Assembly (NCBI GenBank): GCA_963710415.1
Contig: CAVQAH010000024.1
Span: 150,234 to 214,233 of the forward strand
Direction of reading: 5' to 3'
From: an uncultured Acidobacteriota bacterium
Lineage (GTDB): Bacteria > Acidobacteriota > Vicinamibacteria > Vicinamibacterales > 2-12-FULL-66-21
DNA length: 64,000 bases
Positions 8,866 to 22,190 of this stretch are shown here, in pieces. The translations under genes and the position numbers were made by a program. Position 1 is the first letter of the stretch. Each line of letters opens with the position of its first letter. The notes below the pieces were generated by a model. It was given only the letters and a program-made list of their open reading frames with translations. It had not been told where the DNA came from and ran no database searches.

Positions 8866-10074
8866 ATGTCGTTGCTCAGGATTCTGCACGTCGTCCCCTA
8901 TTTCGAAGACGCCTGGGCTTACGGTGGCATCCCAAGGGTCGCGGCTGCAATGACGCGCGGCCTCGCACGCCGTGGACACCACGTCACCGTTTGCACCACG
9001 GACGCATGCGATGCGGAGACCCGTCTGGATCCATCCGGTGTCGCCGCACGCGCCGGCGACCTGGATGTCCGGGTCTTTCGTAACGTCTCGAATCGACTGG
9101 CCTATCACTGTCAGGCCTTTGCGCCAAGGGGCCTGATCCGTTTTCTGCGTGACACCGCCGGGTCGTTCGACGTGGCACACCTGCACGCGTGCCGCAATCT
9201 TCCAGGTTCGATCGCGGCTCGCGAGCTTCGGCGCGCCGGCGTGCCGTACGTGTTGTCGCCGAACGGTACGGCTCCACTGATCGAGCGTCGTATCCTGCTC
9301 AAACGCCTGTTCGATGCAGCCGGCGGCCGGCATGTGATCGAGGGCGCAAACCGTGTACTTGCGACGAGCGAAGCCGAATTTCGTCAACTCGTGGAAACCG
9401 GCATCCCACGCCATCGCGTGACCGTCGTTCCGAACCCACTCGATCTCGGAGAATTCTCGGATGTTCCCGCTCGCGAGATATTCCGCCGGAAGCATGGCCT
9501 CGGAGACGGTCCGATCGTGCTGTTTCTCGGAAAGCTGACGCCACGGAAAGGTGTCGATGTCCTTCTGCACGCCTTTGGCCTGGCCACCGACACGGCGCGC
9601 GCGGCTGGTGATCGCAGGAAACGCCATGGGCATGGGTGCGACTGCTCGAGAGACTGTCAGCCGGCCTCGTTCTTTCCAGCCGCGTGACGCGCGTGGGGTT
9701 GCTGCGAGGCCGCGAACGCCTCGAGGCGCTGGCGAGCGCTGACGTCGTCGTGTATCCGTCGAGAGATGAGGTGTTCGGCCTCGTACCTCTCGAAGCGCTC
9801 CTTTGTGGCACGCCGGTCATCGTCTCGAACGACTGCGGCTGCGGCGAGGTCATCGGCCGCACCGGCGGCGGACACATCGTCCCCTTTGGCGATCGGCGCA
9901 CGCTCGCGGGAGCCATCGACTCGATTCTTGAGATCGCCGGCCCTCTGGAAGACGCGCGCCGTCTCCGCCGGACGCAAGGCTCGGGAATTGTTCGCCGCCG
10001 AGATCGTCTGCGCGCAGTTAGAGAGCCTGTACACCGACGTCGCGCATGCACGTCGATCGGCGGAGACCGGTCGC
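8866..10074 (+). CDS. GT4 (GT-B) glycosyltransferase domain, several frame breaks; apparently in frame with the next GT2
   Basis: The ATG at 8866 opens 'MSLLRILHVVPYFEDAWAYGGIPRVAAAMTRGLARRGHHV'. Pieces lie in ORFs 8788..9687, 9551..9742, 9636..10115 ('VVVYPSRDEVFGLVPLEALLCGTPVIVSN') and 9766..10317 ('ARELFAAEIVCAQLESLY'). Breaks are near 9590, 9650 and 9960. Confidence 0.7.
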
Positions 10075-11100
10075 ATGACACCGCCAGGCGTCTCCGTAGT
10101 CATTCCGATCCATAACGGGCGGCGCCTGCTGCCGGCCGTCCTCGCCGCAATTCGGGACGAGTGTCAAGCCTATCCATACGAGATTCTGGCGGTCGACGAC
10201 GGAAGCAGCGGACGGATCGCGGCGCTACCTGCGGCATCTGTCGGACGCTGGGGCGCTGCGCGTGATCGAAGGGCCCGGCCGCGGCGTGGCAGCGGCAGTC
10301 AACGCGGGCATACGTGAGGCAGCCTATTCGTTCATTTGTCAGATCGATCAGGACGTGATCGTTCAGCCTGGCTGGCTCGATGCGCTACTGGCCGCATTCG
10401 ATTCCGCGGACGTCGCTGCGGCGCAGGGCCGCTACGTCCTTGCCCCCGATGCAGGGTTGTGGGCGCGAGTGATGGGACGCGACCTCGAGGATCGCTATGC
10501 CGCCATTCAGCCCGGCTTCGTCGATCACGTGTGTACGGGCAACACGGTGTATCGCGCATCGGCGCTGCACGCCGTCGGGTTACTCGATGAACGCTTCGGC
10601 TACGGAGCGGATAACGACGTCAGCTACCGGCTGGTCAGCGCCGGGTACAGGCTCGCCTTCCGGCCCTCCGCCACCAGCGTCCACGTCTGGCGCGACTCCG
10701 GGCGCCGGATATCTACGCCAACAGTTCGGCGTCGGCTACGGACGGCTCGATCTGGTGGCCCGACATCCCCGCCGCGTGACCGGCGACGATGTGTCTGGCG
10801 TCGGGATGATTCTGCACGCGGCCATCATGACGGCGGCGCTGGGGCTGCTCCTGGCAGGGGCGATCGCTCTCGCGACGGGACTGCCGTGGCAACCACTGAT
10901 CGCGGCGTCGGTGGCCGATGATGATCATGCTCGCCGGCGAGCGCGCAATCGCCGGGACGTTGGCATGGTGGCGATGCGGGGACCCCGCCTGCTTCGCCTT
11001 TCCCATCGCGCATCTGCTGCGGGACCTGGCGTGGACGGCCGCCGTCCTCGGATGGACGGCCCGGCGCATTGCCGGCACCGGGCGCACTCCTGGGCACAGC
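10075..11100 (+). CDS. GT2 glycosyltransferase with C-terminal membrane segment, several frame breaks
   Basis: 'MTPPGVSVVIPIHNGRRLLPAVLAAIRDECQAYPYEILAVDDGSS' starts at 10075 and continues in ORF 10262..10921 ('ICQIDQDVIVQPGWLDALL...VCTGNTVYRASAL'). It then runs into ORF 10497..11681 ('YLRQQFGVGYGRLDLVARHP...MILHAAIMTAALGLLLAG'). The 3' boundary is uncertain. Confidence 0.65.
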
Positions 11101-11868
11101 ATGCCTCGACGCCACCCGGGCAGGCGCTTGCGATCGAGCGACTCCGGCTGGCTCGCGACGACGTCGACCCTCGTCGTGATTCCGGCATTCAACGAAAGGG
11201 CGAGCCTGAGCCGGGTCGTACGCGACATCAGGCGCGTGGCGCCCGGCGTCGACGTCCTCGTCGTCAACGACGGGTCCACGGACGAAACGGGGGCGCTGCT
11301 ACCGTACCTCGGAGTCCGCTGGCTGACCATGCCCGAACGGCTTGGCGTCGGCAGCGCGATGCGCGCAGGCGTGCGATACGCGCGCAGCCGCGGCTACAAC
11401 TACGTCATCCGGATCGATGGAGATGGGCAGCATCGGGCGTGCGACGTCGGCCGCCTCATGGCACCCATCCTCATCGGCCGGGCGGATGCGGTGTGCGGCT
11501 CGCGTTACGCAAGGCATCCCAGATGGTCTGGGCGGCACCCCACCAAAGCCATGTTGGGACTCCTGCTCTCTGCGCTTACGCGCCGCCGCATCACGGATCC
11601 CACTTCCGGCCTGTGGGCGTTCGGACCACGGGCGATCAGGCTCTTGAGCCGTCACCACCCGACTGGCTACCCCGAGCCTGAACTGCTGCTCCTGTTGCGA
11701 CGCCACGCCGTCCGTTTCGAGGAAGTCGCCATCCGCATGCGCCCGCGAACGACTGGCCGGACGACACTGACCTGGCGGAGGAAGACAGTCGCGCTCGGCA
11801 GAACGCTTCTGGCCGTGCTGATGGTCCCTCTCCGCAGCGTCGACGTGGAAACGGGACCTGAACGGTGA
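11101..11868 (+). CDS. GT2 glycosyltransferase (GtrB/Dpm1-like polyprenyl-phosphate sugar transferase type)
   Basis: Part of ORF 10918..11868, from the Met at 11101. Contains 'TLVVIPAFNERASLSRVVRDIRRVAPGVDVLVVNDGSTDETG...IRIDGDGQH'. Confidence 0.75.
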   Translation: MPRRHPGRRLRSSDSGWLATTSTLVVIPAFNERASLSRVVRDIRRVAPGVDVLVVNDGSTDETGALLPYLGVRWLTMPERLGVGSAMRAGVRYARSRGYNYVIRIDGDGQHRACDVGRLMAPILIGRADAVCGSRYARHPRWSGRHPTKAMLGLLLSALTRRRITDPTSGLWAFGPRAIRLLSRHHPTGYPEPELLLLLRRHAVRFEEVAIRMRPRTTGRTTLTWRRKTVALGRTLLAVLMVPLRSVDVETGPER

Positions 11869-12300
11869 CCAACGTCATTCAACTCGTCGCCGATCGTCAC
11901 CAGCGTCCTGCTCCTGGGAGTGGTGCTCGAGCTGGTACGCCGGCGAAAGCTCACCGAAGAGTATTCATTCATCTGGCTGACGTGCGCGTTCGCACTCCTC
12001 ATCCTCTCGGTCTGGCGCGACAGCCTCCACCTCGCCGCACGCGTGCTGGGGGTGTATTACCCGCCTGCCCTGCTTCTCCTCGTGCTTATCCTGTTCGTGT
12101 TCGTCGCGTCGCTGTATTTCTCGATCGTCGTATCGCGTCAGCGGCAGCAGATCGAGCGTCTGATGGAAGAGATCGCGCTGCTCGATGCGGAGGTTCGGGA
12201 GTTACGCGATGGGTCCGGCGCCGTACCGCCCGCGCAGGTGATCGCAGGTACCGCGCACGACCGCCGCCAGGCCGCTGACCAGCGGCACCTCAGGCGATAG
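11865..12300 (+). CDS. DUF2304-like small membrane protein (usual partner of GtrB-like GT2), one frame break
   Basis: The GTG at 11865 overlaps the GT2 stop (GTGA). 'VLELVRRRKLTEEYSFIWLTCAFALLILSVW' is in ORF 11920..12300. The N-terminal TM segment is in the frame of ORF 11865..12278, with a break near 11890. Confidence 0.6.
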
Positions 12301-14496
12301 CACCGCGTAGGCCGCATTCATGCCGACAATGAGCGCGCTCCGTGCCGCATGCGCGATGGGCGTTCCGGCGAGGGTCGAGCGCGCCAGCCGCAGGTGGTTT
12401 CTGGTGGCGAAGTACACCCTGTTCGGCGACCGCCGTCCGATCGACCGGCCGCCTTCGTGATAGGCAATCGCGCCAGGCACGAGCAGGACACGAAACCCCG
12501 CGCGGCGCGCGCGCAGGCAGAAGTCGAGATCCTCGAACGAGTAGAAATAGTCTTCGTCCAGTAGACCGATGCGCCGGAAGACCGAGGTGCGGATCCACAT
12601 CACGCATCCGCTGATGGCCGGCACGTCGTGCGCGAGGCCTGGCGCGATCTGGGCGATACGGCCGCCCGCATTCCGGTGACGGAGTCTCGCCGTCCGTTCC
12701 GAAAACGAGAGCCCTGCGGAGGCGACATGATCGGGCTCCTCGCGCGACAGCAGCAGCGCGCCGAGAATGCCGGCATCCGGATGTTCCCGCGCCGCGGCGA
12801 ACAACGCGCCCAGCGCGTCCGGTCTCAAGACCACGTCGCTGTTGACGAGCAACACGGCGTCCGCGCCGCGCTCGAGGGCGTGCCGGATGCCGGCGTTGCA
12901 GCCCCCTGAAAACCCGAGATTGCCAGGAGTTTCGATCAATCCGACATCAGGCAGCCGCGCGCGAACGAACGCAGCAGACGCGTCACGCGATCCGTTGTCG
13001 ACGATCACGATCTCGTCGAGCGCCGCCTCCGACGTCTGAAGCGACCTCGCCGCCAGCCACGTCTGATCCGGTGTCTCGTAGTTCAGGACGATTCCGCACG
13101 TCCGCGGGCTGGGCTCGCTTCTCCGCGGCGCCGCACGGACCTGCGTCACCTTCGACTTCAACGCGAGATCCGAATACAGCTGCCTGAGCGCTTCGGCGTC
13201 CCGCTGAATCGTCATTGGTGCCATCACACCCGCACGGAGCCGCGGCAGAAGATCCGGCTCGCTGACCATCCGACGGATCGCCGCGGTCAGGGATTCGGGG
13301 CTTCCTGGCTCGACCAGCAGACCATCGCAATCGTCCCTGACCATCTCGCGCATGCCGCCAAGATTCGAGGCAATGACCGGCGCGCCACTGGCGAAGGCTT
13401 CGCGGATGATGAACGGCGCGTTTTCGATCCAGACGGAGGGCACGACCATCACGTCGACGGCGGCAAGCGCCTCCGGCATGCGTTCGTGGGGAACGAACCC
13501 TGTGCGGCGGACGAACGGAAGCGCAAGGAGCGGCGCAATCCGCCGGGCGTAACTATCGTCGCCGTGAAACGCCCCGCCCCCGCCCAGCACATCGACGCTG
13601 ACCGAACCGGCGGGCATTCTCGACGCGGCCTCGAGCAGAACATGAGGCGCCTTCGACGGGATCAGGCCGCCAGCGTAGCCGAGGCGAAGGATTGTCGACG
13701 GTTGCCGCCGGAACACCCGGAACGGCTCGAGATCGATCCCCTGGTCGCAGCGTCGCAACCGCTCCGGCCCGATGCCGAATCGCGCGAACATCTCCGCCAT
13801 CGTGGCTGACGGGGCCAGGAACACCTGGACGTGTCGGGCTGCCGCGCGCATGTGCGCAAGCCTCGTCGTCGTCGCCGCGCGCGTGCGCTCGGCTGACGTG
13901 GCCGCATCGAGAGCTGAAGCGCCAAAACTGGCGAGCGTCCGTGCGCCTGGAATCGTCAGCGATCGGGCGAGCCGGCCGGCGCGATAGATCGCAGGGGCCG
14001 ATAACGCGCCAGGTGGCAAACACCGGCCGCAGCCGTCATCGAACGGACCGGCGCAACGCGTGCTGTCCAGGTCGAACAACTGACCCCGATGGCAGATCAT
14101 CCAGAAGTCGTTCAGCGTCATGACGACCGGACATCCGCGCGCGGCGAGCGCCTCCGGCAGGCCGGTCGACAGACAGGTCAGGTGGTGGACGTGCGCCACG
14201 TCCGGCCGGACGGCAGCCACTTCCTGCATGGCCACGCGCAGGAAGTCGGGGTTGAGGTAGCTGCTCGCGAAAGAGTCACACGCCTGAAACGTGTTGTTGA
14301 TGCGGACGACCCGAACTGCACCGGTGGTCTGGTGCTTGACGTCGTACTCGGGCCTGCAGGAATCATCATCCCTGGTCAGCACCACGACCTCGTCTCGCAC
14401 ATCGGAGGCAAGCGCATGCGCGAGGCTCTGGACGTAGACCTCGGTGCCGGCCGACGCGAGCGGCGGATAGCCGTGAACAACTAAGAGAATGCGCAC
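12202..14496 (-). CDS. Bifunctional glycosyltransferase, GT4 (N) + GT2 (C), intact
   Basis: ORF 12202..14496 (764 aa). It starts 'MRILLVVHGYPPLASAGTEVYVQSLAHALA' and contains 'VMVVPSVWIENAPFIIREAFASGAPVIASNLGGM' (GT4). 'CGIVLNYETPDQTWLAARSLQ...IVIVDNGSRDASA...GFSGGCNAGI' (GT2) follows. Confidence 0.85.
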   Translation of the reverse strand: MRILLVVHGYPPLASAGTEVYVQSLAHALASDVRDEVVVLTRDDDSCRPEYDVKHQTTGAVRVVRINNTFQACDSFASSYLNPDFLRVAMQEVAAVRPDVAHVHHLTCLSTGLPEALAARGCPVVMTLNDFWMICHRGQLFDLDSTRCAGPFDDGCGRCLPPGALSAPAIYRAGRLARSLTIPGARTLASFGASALDAATSAERTRAATTTRLAHMRAAARHVQVFLAPSATMAEMFARFGIGPERLRRCDQGIDLEPFRVFRRQPSTILRLGYAGGLIPSKAPHVLLEAASRMPAGSVSVDVLGGGGAFHGDDSYARRIAPLLALPFVRRTGFVPHERMPEALAAVDVMVVPSVWIENAPFIIREAFASGAPVIASNLGGMREMVRDDCDGLLVEPGSPESLTAAIRRMVSEPDLLPRLRAGVMAPMTIQRDAEALRQLYSDLALKSKVTQVRAAPRRSEPSPRTCGIVLNYETPDQTWLAARSLQTSEAALDEIVIVDNGSRDASAAFVRARLPDVGLIETPGNLGFSGGCNAGIRHALERGADAVLLVNSDVVLRPDALGALFAAAREHPDAGILGALLLSREEPDHVASAGLSFSERTARLRHRNAGGRIAQIAPGLAHDVPAISGCVMWIRTSVFRRIGLLDEDYFYSFEDLDFCLRARRAGFRVLLVPGAIAYHEGGRSIGRRSPNRVYFATRNHLRLARSTLAGTPIAHAARSALIVGMNAAYAVLSPEVPLVSGLAAVVRGTCDHLRGRYGAGPIA

Positions 14497-14518
14497 CTGA
14501 ACTCAACCCCCGTCCGTG

Positions 14519-14597
14519 GTCGTCGCTCGTCGCTCGGAAGGCCTGTAACCGTGTAGTTCACCGATCTTCGAGCACGAACTCCGAGCCACGAACTACG
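14519..14597. repeat. Intergenic heptamer/inverted-repeat element
   Basis: 'TCGTCGC TCGTCGC', 'GTAGTTC' (14553-59) paired with 'GAACTAC' (14590-96), and direct 'GAGCACGAACTCC GAGCCACGAACTAC'. Confidence 0.6.
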
Positions 14598-14605
14598 GGC
14601 TTCGA

Positions 14606-15547
14606 TCACACTCGTCCAACCGACAGCAGTTCCCGCCCCTCACGAGCCGAACGGGCCCCGAGATACTGACCCAGAGGAAGCGCAAGGGCCAGCCCGGCAT
14701 TGCGCATCAGCGCGCGCGCCCGCCGGCCACGCGGCTCTGATGCGGCAAGGCGGACGTGCAATGGCAGCGTTCGCGCCACGGCCAGGACGAGAGAGGCGGC
14801 CGTCGGCACTGTGGAGAGCCCGAACAGTTGCTGCAGCTGCTGGTGCACGAGATAGGTGCGATCGAGCTCGTAGCGAACGGATCGATCGTGTGAGTGCCAC
14901 ACGACTGCACCCGGCGCGTACGCCAGTCGATAACCTCCGAGCATCACCTCGACCGCCCAGCGCAGGTCCTCAGCGATGGGCGTCCGCCTGAACGGATGCT
15001 TTCGCCACACGTCCAGACGAACGCACGAGCACACGTTGTCGAACGCACAGAGATGATGCCGCGCCAACGGATCGAGCGCGCCAAGCGCATCGGTCGTCAG
15101 CGGACCGGTGACCCTGGGCGTCTCCTGCGCGGCAACCCATGACGCCAGGTAGTGCGTCGTCACGCGGCTCGCATCGGGCATGGCACGCTGACGGCCGAAG
15201 CTGCCGGCGATGTCGGGCTCAGCGAAAGGTTGTATGAGGTTGCGGAGCCAGTCGCGCGAAGCGGGCACAGCGTCCTGGACCAGAAGAACTGCGGCATCTC
15301 CGGACGCCGCAGCCAGTGCAGCATTGCGCGTTTCGCCGTGATTGAACTCAGCGGCTGACGTTTGCCGCACGATCGCGCCGCGGGCCCGCAACCGCTCGAC
15401 CGTGCCGTCTGTCGACCCGGAATCAACCGCAATCAGTTCCCGCTCGCATGGTGCGTCCTGCGCCTCCACCGCGTCGAGCACACGCTCGAGCATGGCGCCA
15501 CCATTCAACGTCGGAATGACGATGGTCACGCGGCGGATCGCGGTCAT
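14606..15547 (-). CDS. GT2 glycosyltransferase
   Basis: ORF 14606..15547 (313 aa) with 'VTIVIPTLNGGAMLERVLDAVEAQDAPCERELIAVDSGSTDGT'. Confidence 0.8.
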   Translation of the reverse strand: MTAIRRVTIVIPTLNGGAMLERVLDAVEAQDAPCERELIAVDSGSTDGTVERLRARGAIVRQTSAAEFNHGETRNAALAAASGDAAVLLVQDAVPASRDWLRNLIQPFAEPDIAGSFGRQRAMPDASRVTTHYLASWVAAQETPRVTGPLTTDALGALDPLARHHLCAFDNVCSCVRLDVWRKHPFRRTPIAEDLRWAVEVMLGGYRLAYAPGAVVWHSHDRSVRYELDRTYLVHQQLQQLFGLSTVPTAASLVLAVARTLPLHVRLAASEPRGRRARALMRNAGLALALPLGQYLGARSAREGRELLSVGRV

Positions 15548-15620
15548 GGCCAGGCCTCAATGGACAGCCCAGTCACGAGAATTCGCAATGGCAGCCGCTG
15601 TGCCAGAGATCGAAACGGCT

Positions 15621-15789
15621 CTCGCAGAGACCGCAGAGCGCAGAGGAGCGCCGGCAGCCTGCAGACGCTTCGCGCGACCAGCGTCGCCAGGCCTGCGGTC
15701 GGCTCGAGCACGTCGCGCGAGCCTCGGCCTGTCCGGCGACCGCTCTGCGACTCTCTAGCCTGACTCACTGCGATCTCTAGCGTCAGAGC
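15621..15789. repeat. Intergenic inverted heptamer element (CGCAGAG type)
   Basis: The left arm 'CTCGCAGAGACCGCAGAGCGCAGAGG' (15621-46) is complementary to the right arm 'CGCTCTGCGACTCTC...' (15741 onward). It lies in a 266-nt spacer inside a co-directional GT gene run. Confidence 0.55.
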
Positions 15790-15813
15790 CTCATTCGTGA
15801 CACCCATGCTTCA

Positions 15814-17245
15814 TCACTCGCCGGCATTCAGAAAAGGTGAGCCAATTGAACACGTCACCTGTGTCACGGGCGAGCACTGCAGAACCTGGTGGTATCGCAA
15901 CGCCCACTCACTCGCATCGTCGACGATCGACTTGACGGGGGGCGCCGCGGAGACGAGGCGGCCGACCAACTCGCGGTCGTTCAGCAGCCTTCCGAGGACC
16001 GCGGCCAGCGCATCGGCCGAAAACGGGTCATACAGGAGGCCGCTGACGCCATCCTCGACGAGATCCGGGATTCCCCCTATTCTCGATCCAACCACCGCAA
16101 CGCCGTGCTGAAAGGCCTCGTGAATGACGAGCGGTGAGTTCTCGGGCCACAACGACGGCACGACGAGCACATCGAGGTGCGCGTAAATATCCGCAACCCG
16201 GCTGCGATCGAAACGACCCTCGAAGGTCACCGGCAATCCAGCCGCCATCTGCTCGAGACGAGTCGTGTACAACGGGAATGTCGCGACATCGCCAAACAAC
16301 TGAACGGTGAACGCTGGATTCCGGCTGCCGCCTGGCGTGAATGTCAGACGCTGCAGCGCTTCGAGGAGCACGTGCGGACCCTTGTGCCAGACGAGCGTTC
16401 CGACAAATCCGATCCGAAGAGTCGAGGCAGCGGTCCTGGGGCGTGCGGCTGCCGGTTCAAAGCCGTAATCCGATACGACGAGTCGCTCGGGTGGCAACCC
16501 GAGCCGAATGTACTCGTCGGCGAGCGAGCGCGACGGGGCGGCAAACAGGTCGATCGTCTCGAGTACGTTGCGGGCAGACGTCAGGCGCTGGCGGATGTCG
16601 CCAGGCGTAATGGCCGGCCCGGGAATCTGGTCGGCTGCAGCGAGCAACCATGGCGCACGCCGGCGGGCAACGCGCGACGCCGTGGCCACGATTCCGCCGA
16701 GCCCGCTGCGCGTCAGCCGGCGCACGCCCATCTGCGAATAGAACGGCGACTGCGTGAAACAGCGGGCGCACCGATCTGGATCGATGACCGTGCAGACGTG
16801 CGCCTCCGCCGTGTGCACGCGCTGGCCGCCTGACGGACACACCAGTGTGTAGTCGTGCAAGCGTGGCCACCGTACGCGCCCCACGCTCGCGTGCAAGACG
16901 CGGCAAGTCAAAGCTCAGATTCAGGAGGTTGTGACAGTGCAGGATGTCCGGCCTGACGGCGTCCAGCACGTGGGTCAGTTGCGCGTTCACCCGCCGCGAG
17001 CTGTACGACTCGGCCAGCGCGCTGAACTCCCAGTTGTTGACCAGCTCGATGACCGGCAAGCCCTCGAATTCACGCCATCTGAGCGTTCCATGCGGCGTTG
17101 CCGGTTCGTACTCGGCGGCAAGGACAAAGACGTCGTGCTCCGCAGCCTGCGTGCGCGCCAGGGAGGCCGCATACAGCTCCGATCCCGCCTGGTGCCGCGG
17201 GAGGAAGTCGTGCACCGCGTGCAGGATGCGAAGCCGCCGACTCAT
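15814..17245 (-). CDS. GT4 glycosyltransferase, one frame break
   Basis: The N-terminal part is in ORF 16457..17293 from the Met at 17245 ('MSRRLRILHAVHDFLPRHQAGSELYAASLA'). The C-terminal part is in ORF 15814..16911 ('VLVVPSLWPENSPLVIHEAFQHGVAVVGSRIGGIPDLV'). The break is near 16910. Confidence 0.8.
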
Positions 17246-19050
17246 CGCGCCCCGTCGTTGGTTCCCGCCAGCTTCTGATTGCGCTGAACGCACTCGACTA
17301 CACCCGGCGTCGCCGGCGCGATCGCACCCGCCTCACCGCACATTCGTGCCGCCGCGTGATAGTCGTGATACGTCGTTTCGTAAAGACGTGCCAGCTGCAT
17401 CCGCGCGAGCACATTGCGCGGTTCCACGGTGAGGGCATGCAGATAGTAGTCGCGGGCCGCATCCATGTTTCCGGCAACGATGGACAGGGCCCCCAGGTTC
17501 GTGTAGGCGCGCGCGTATCCCGGGTCCAGGTCGACCGTCCTCTTGAACGCGAGTTCCGCTTCCTGCAGGTGCCCCGTCTGCGCGAGACAGATCCCGAGAT
17601 TAGTGAAGGCGTCGCGATTCGTCGGCCTGAGATGGACGACGAGACGGTAATGCGGAATGGCCTCGAGACAGCGGCCCCGCTGGCGCAGAACATCGCCGAG
17701 GGCATATCGCGGCTCCCACATGCCGGGCGACCGTTCAACTGCCTCGGCCCACAGCTGGACGGGACTGGACCACACCTCGATTCCTCGTCAAGGTCAACGT
17801 GGTGAGCAACGCCGCGAGCAGGACCAGCGCCGATGCGTAACTCTCGGGCAGCCCGGCCTTGCCGCGCGACAGCGCTCCAAACAGGAGCATGCCCGGGCCG
17901 TGCGAACGCAATGGCGATACCCGCGGTCGCGAGATAGGCCCGATGTTCAGCCATGCCTTCGCGAAGCGCGACGACGCTGGACGACGGCGCGATGACTGCG
18001 AAGAACCAGAGCAGGCCGAAGGGCACGAGCGGTGCGACGCGGCGGAGCTTCAGCGAGGCCAGTAACGAGCAGGACGATCGCCGCCCAGCGCCGACCACGC
18101 CCGGATAGTCGCTCAACGACGTCACGTAGTGAACCGCGTGCATGATCGACTGGCCGTCGGGCCAGAACAACAGCCCCAGATATCGCCAGATCACGATCGA
18201 CTGCGTGAGGAGAGACAAGAGAGGCGCGGCGCCGGTCGCGGAGACGGGCAAGGGAAAAAACACGTACCGGACGATTGCCGCTGCGCCGATCAGCGCAAAG
18301 GCCGGAACGAAGACATGCAGCAGCTCGCCAGCGCCTGCGTTCTGCCGAGTCCGGAATGATCAGCTGGTCGTAGAGGAACAGCACAAACGGCAGTACGGCG
18401 CCGATCTCCTTCGAAAACAGCGCGAGTACGCCAAACACGATCGTCGCGATGGTCGAACGAATCAGCCGCACCCGTCGTCTCCCGACGTTCGCCGACAGCG
18501 GGGCGACGAGGGCGGCGCGCCCGCACAACAGCGCGCTCAGGAAGAACACGCCGACCAGCAATTCCGAGCGGCCGGACACATACGCAACCGCCTCCGTCAT
18601 CAGCGGGTGCACGCCGAACATCGTCGCGGCCGTGCACGCCGCCCAGGCGTCGAATCGTCCCGGATCGCGCCAATCCAGGCTTCCGCCGCTCACGCGAACA
18701 CGGGTATCCGACAGCGCTCTCAGGATGAAGGCATACAGCAACCCCACAACCATCGCGTGCAGCAGGACGTTGGTCATGTGGAAACCGGGAGCCCAGAACC
18801 CCCAGATGCCGCGGTCGAGCGCATACGAGATGTTGACGACCGGTCTGAACGGGCTGTGGACCAGCACGAACATGACGTTCGACAGATCGGCGAGCGAGGG
18901 GTTGGCGATGACTGTGTCGTAGTCGTCGTAGACGAACGGATTGTTGAAGACGTTGACGTAGGCGATGCCGGACAGGGTGAGCGCCAGCAGGCCACCAATC
19001 AGCCGCCGGCGACGCCCGAGGCGCGCGGCGTCTTTCTTTGGCGGACGCAC
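17242..19050 (-). CDS. TMTC/PMT-like multi-pass membrane protein with C-terminal TPR repeats, at least two frame breaks
   Basis: ORF 17947..19224 has 'YVNVFNNPFVYDDYDTVIANPSLADLSNV...HMTNVLLHAMVVGLLYAFI' (DUF1736/PMT_2-like). It continues in ORF 17298..18263, and the TPR part is in ORF 17242..17775 ('AFTNLGICLAQTGHLQEAELAFKRTVDLDPGYARAYTNLG'). The likely GTG start is near 19050. Confidence 0.65.
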
Positions 19051-19081
19051 GGCGACGCCGCCGGAAGTCGAGGCGGCCGAC

Positions 19082-22087
<3,006 letters not shown>

Positions 22088-22190
22088 GGCGTTTTTCTGA
22101 TCCTGCTATCCTACCATTCGCCCTCGCGCCCATTTCGCGCAGGCCGGGCGGCTGCCTACGCGTCACCGCTGACCACCAACGCGACCCACG

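Noticed and set aside
15544-15807. ORF 15544..15807(-) (87 aa) filling the 266-nt spacer between two glycosyltransferase genes.
   Set aside because: No recognisable motif was found, and the composition resembles the other spurious high-GC ORFs. The region is better explained by the inverted CGCAGAG-type repeat element.
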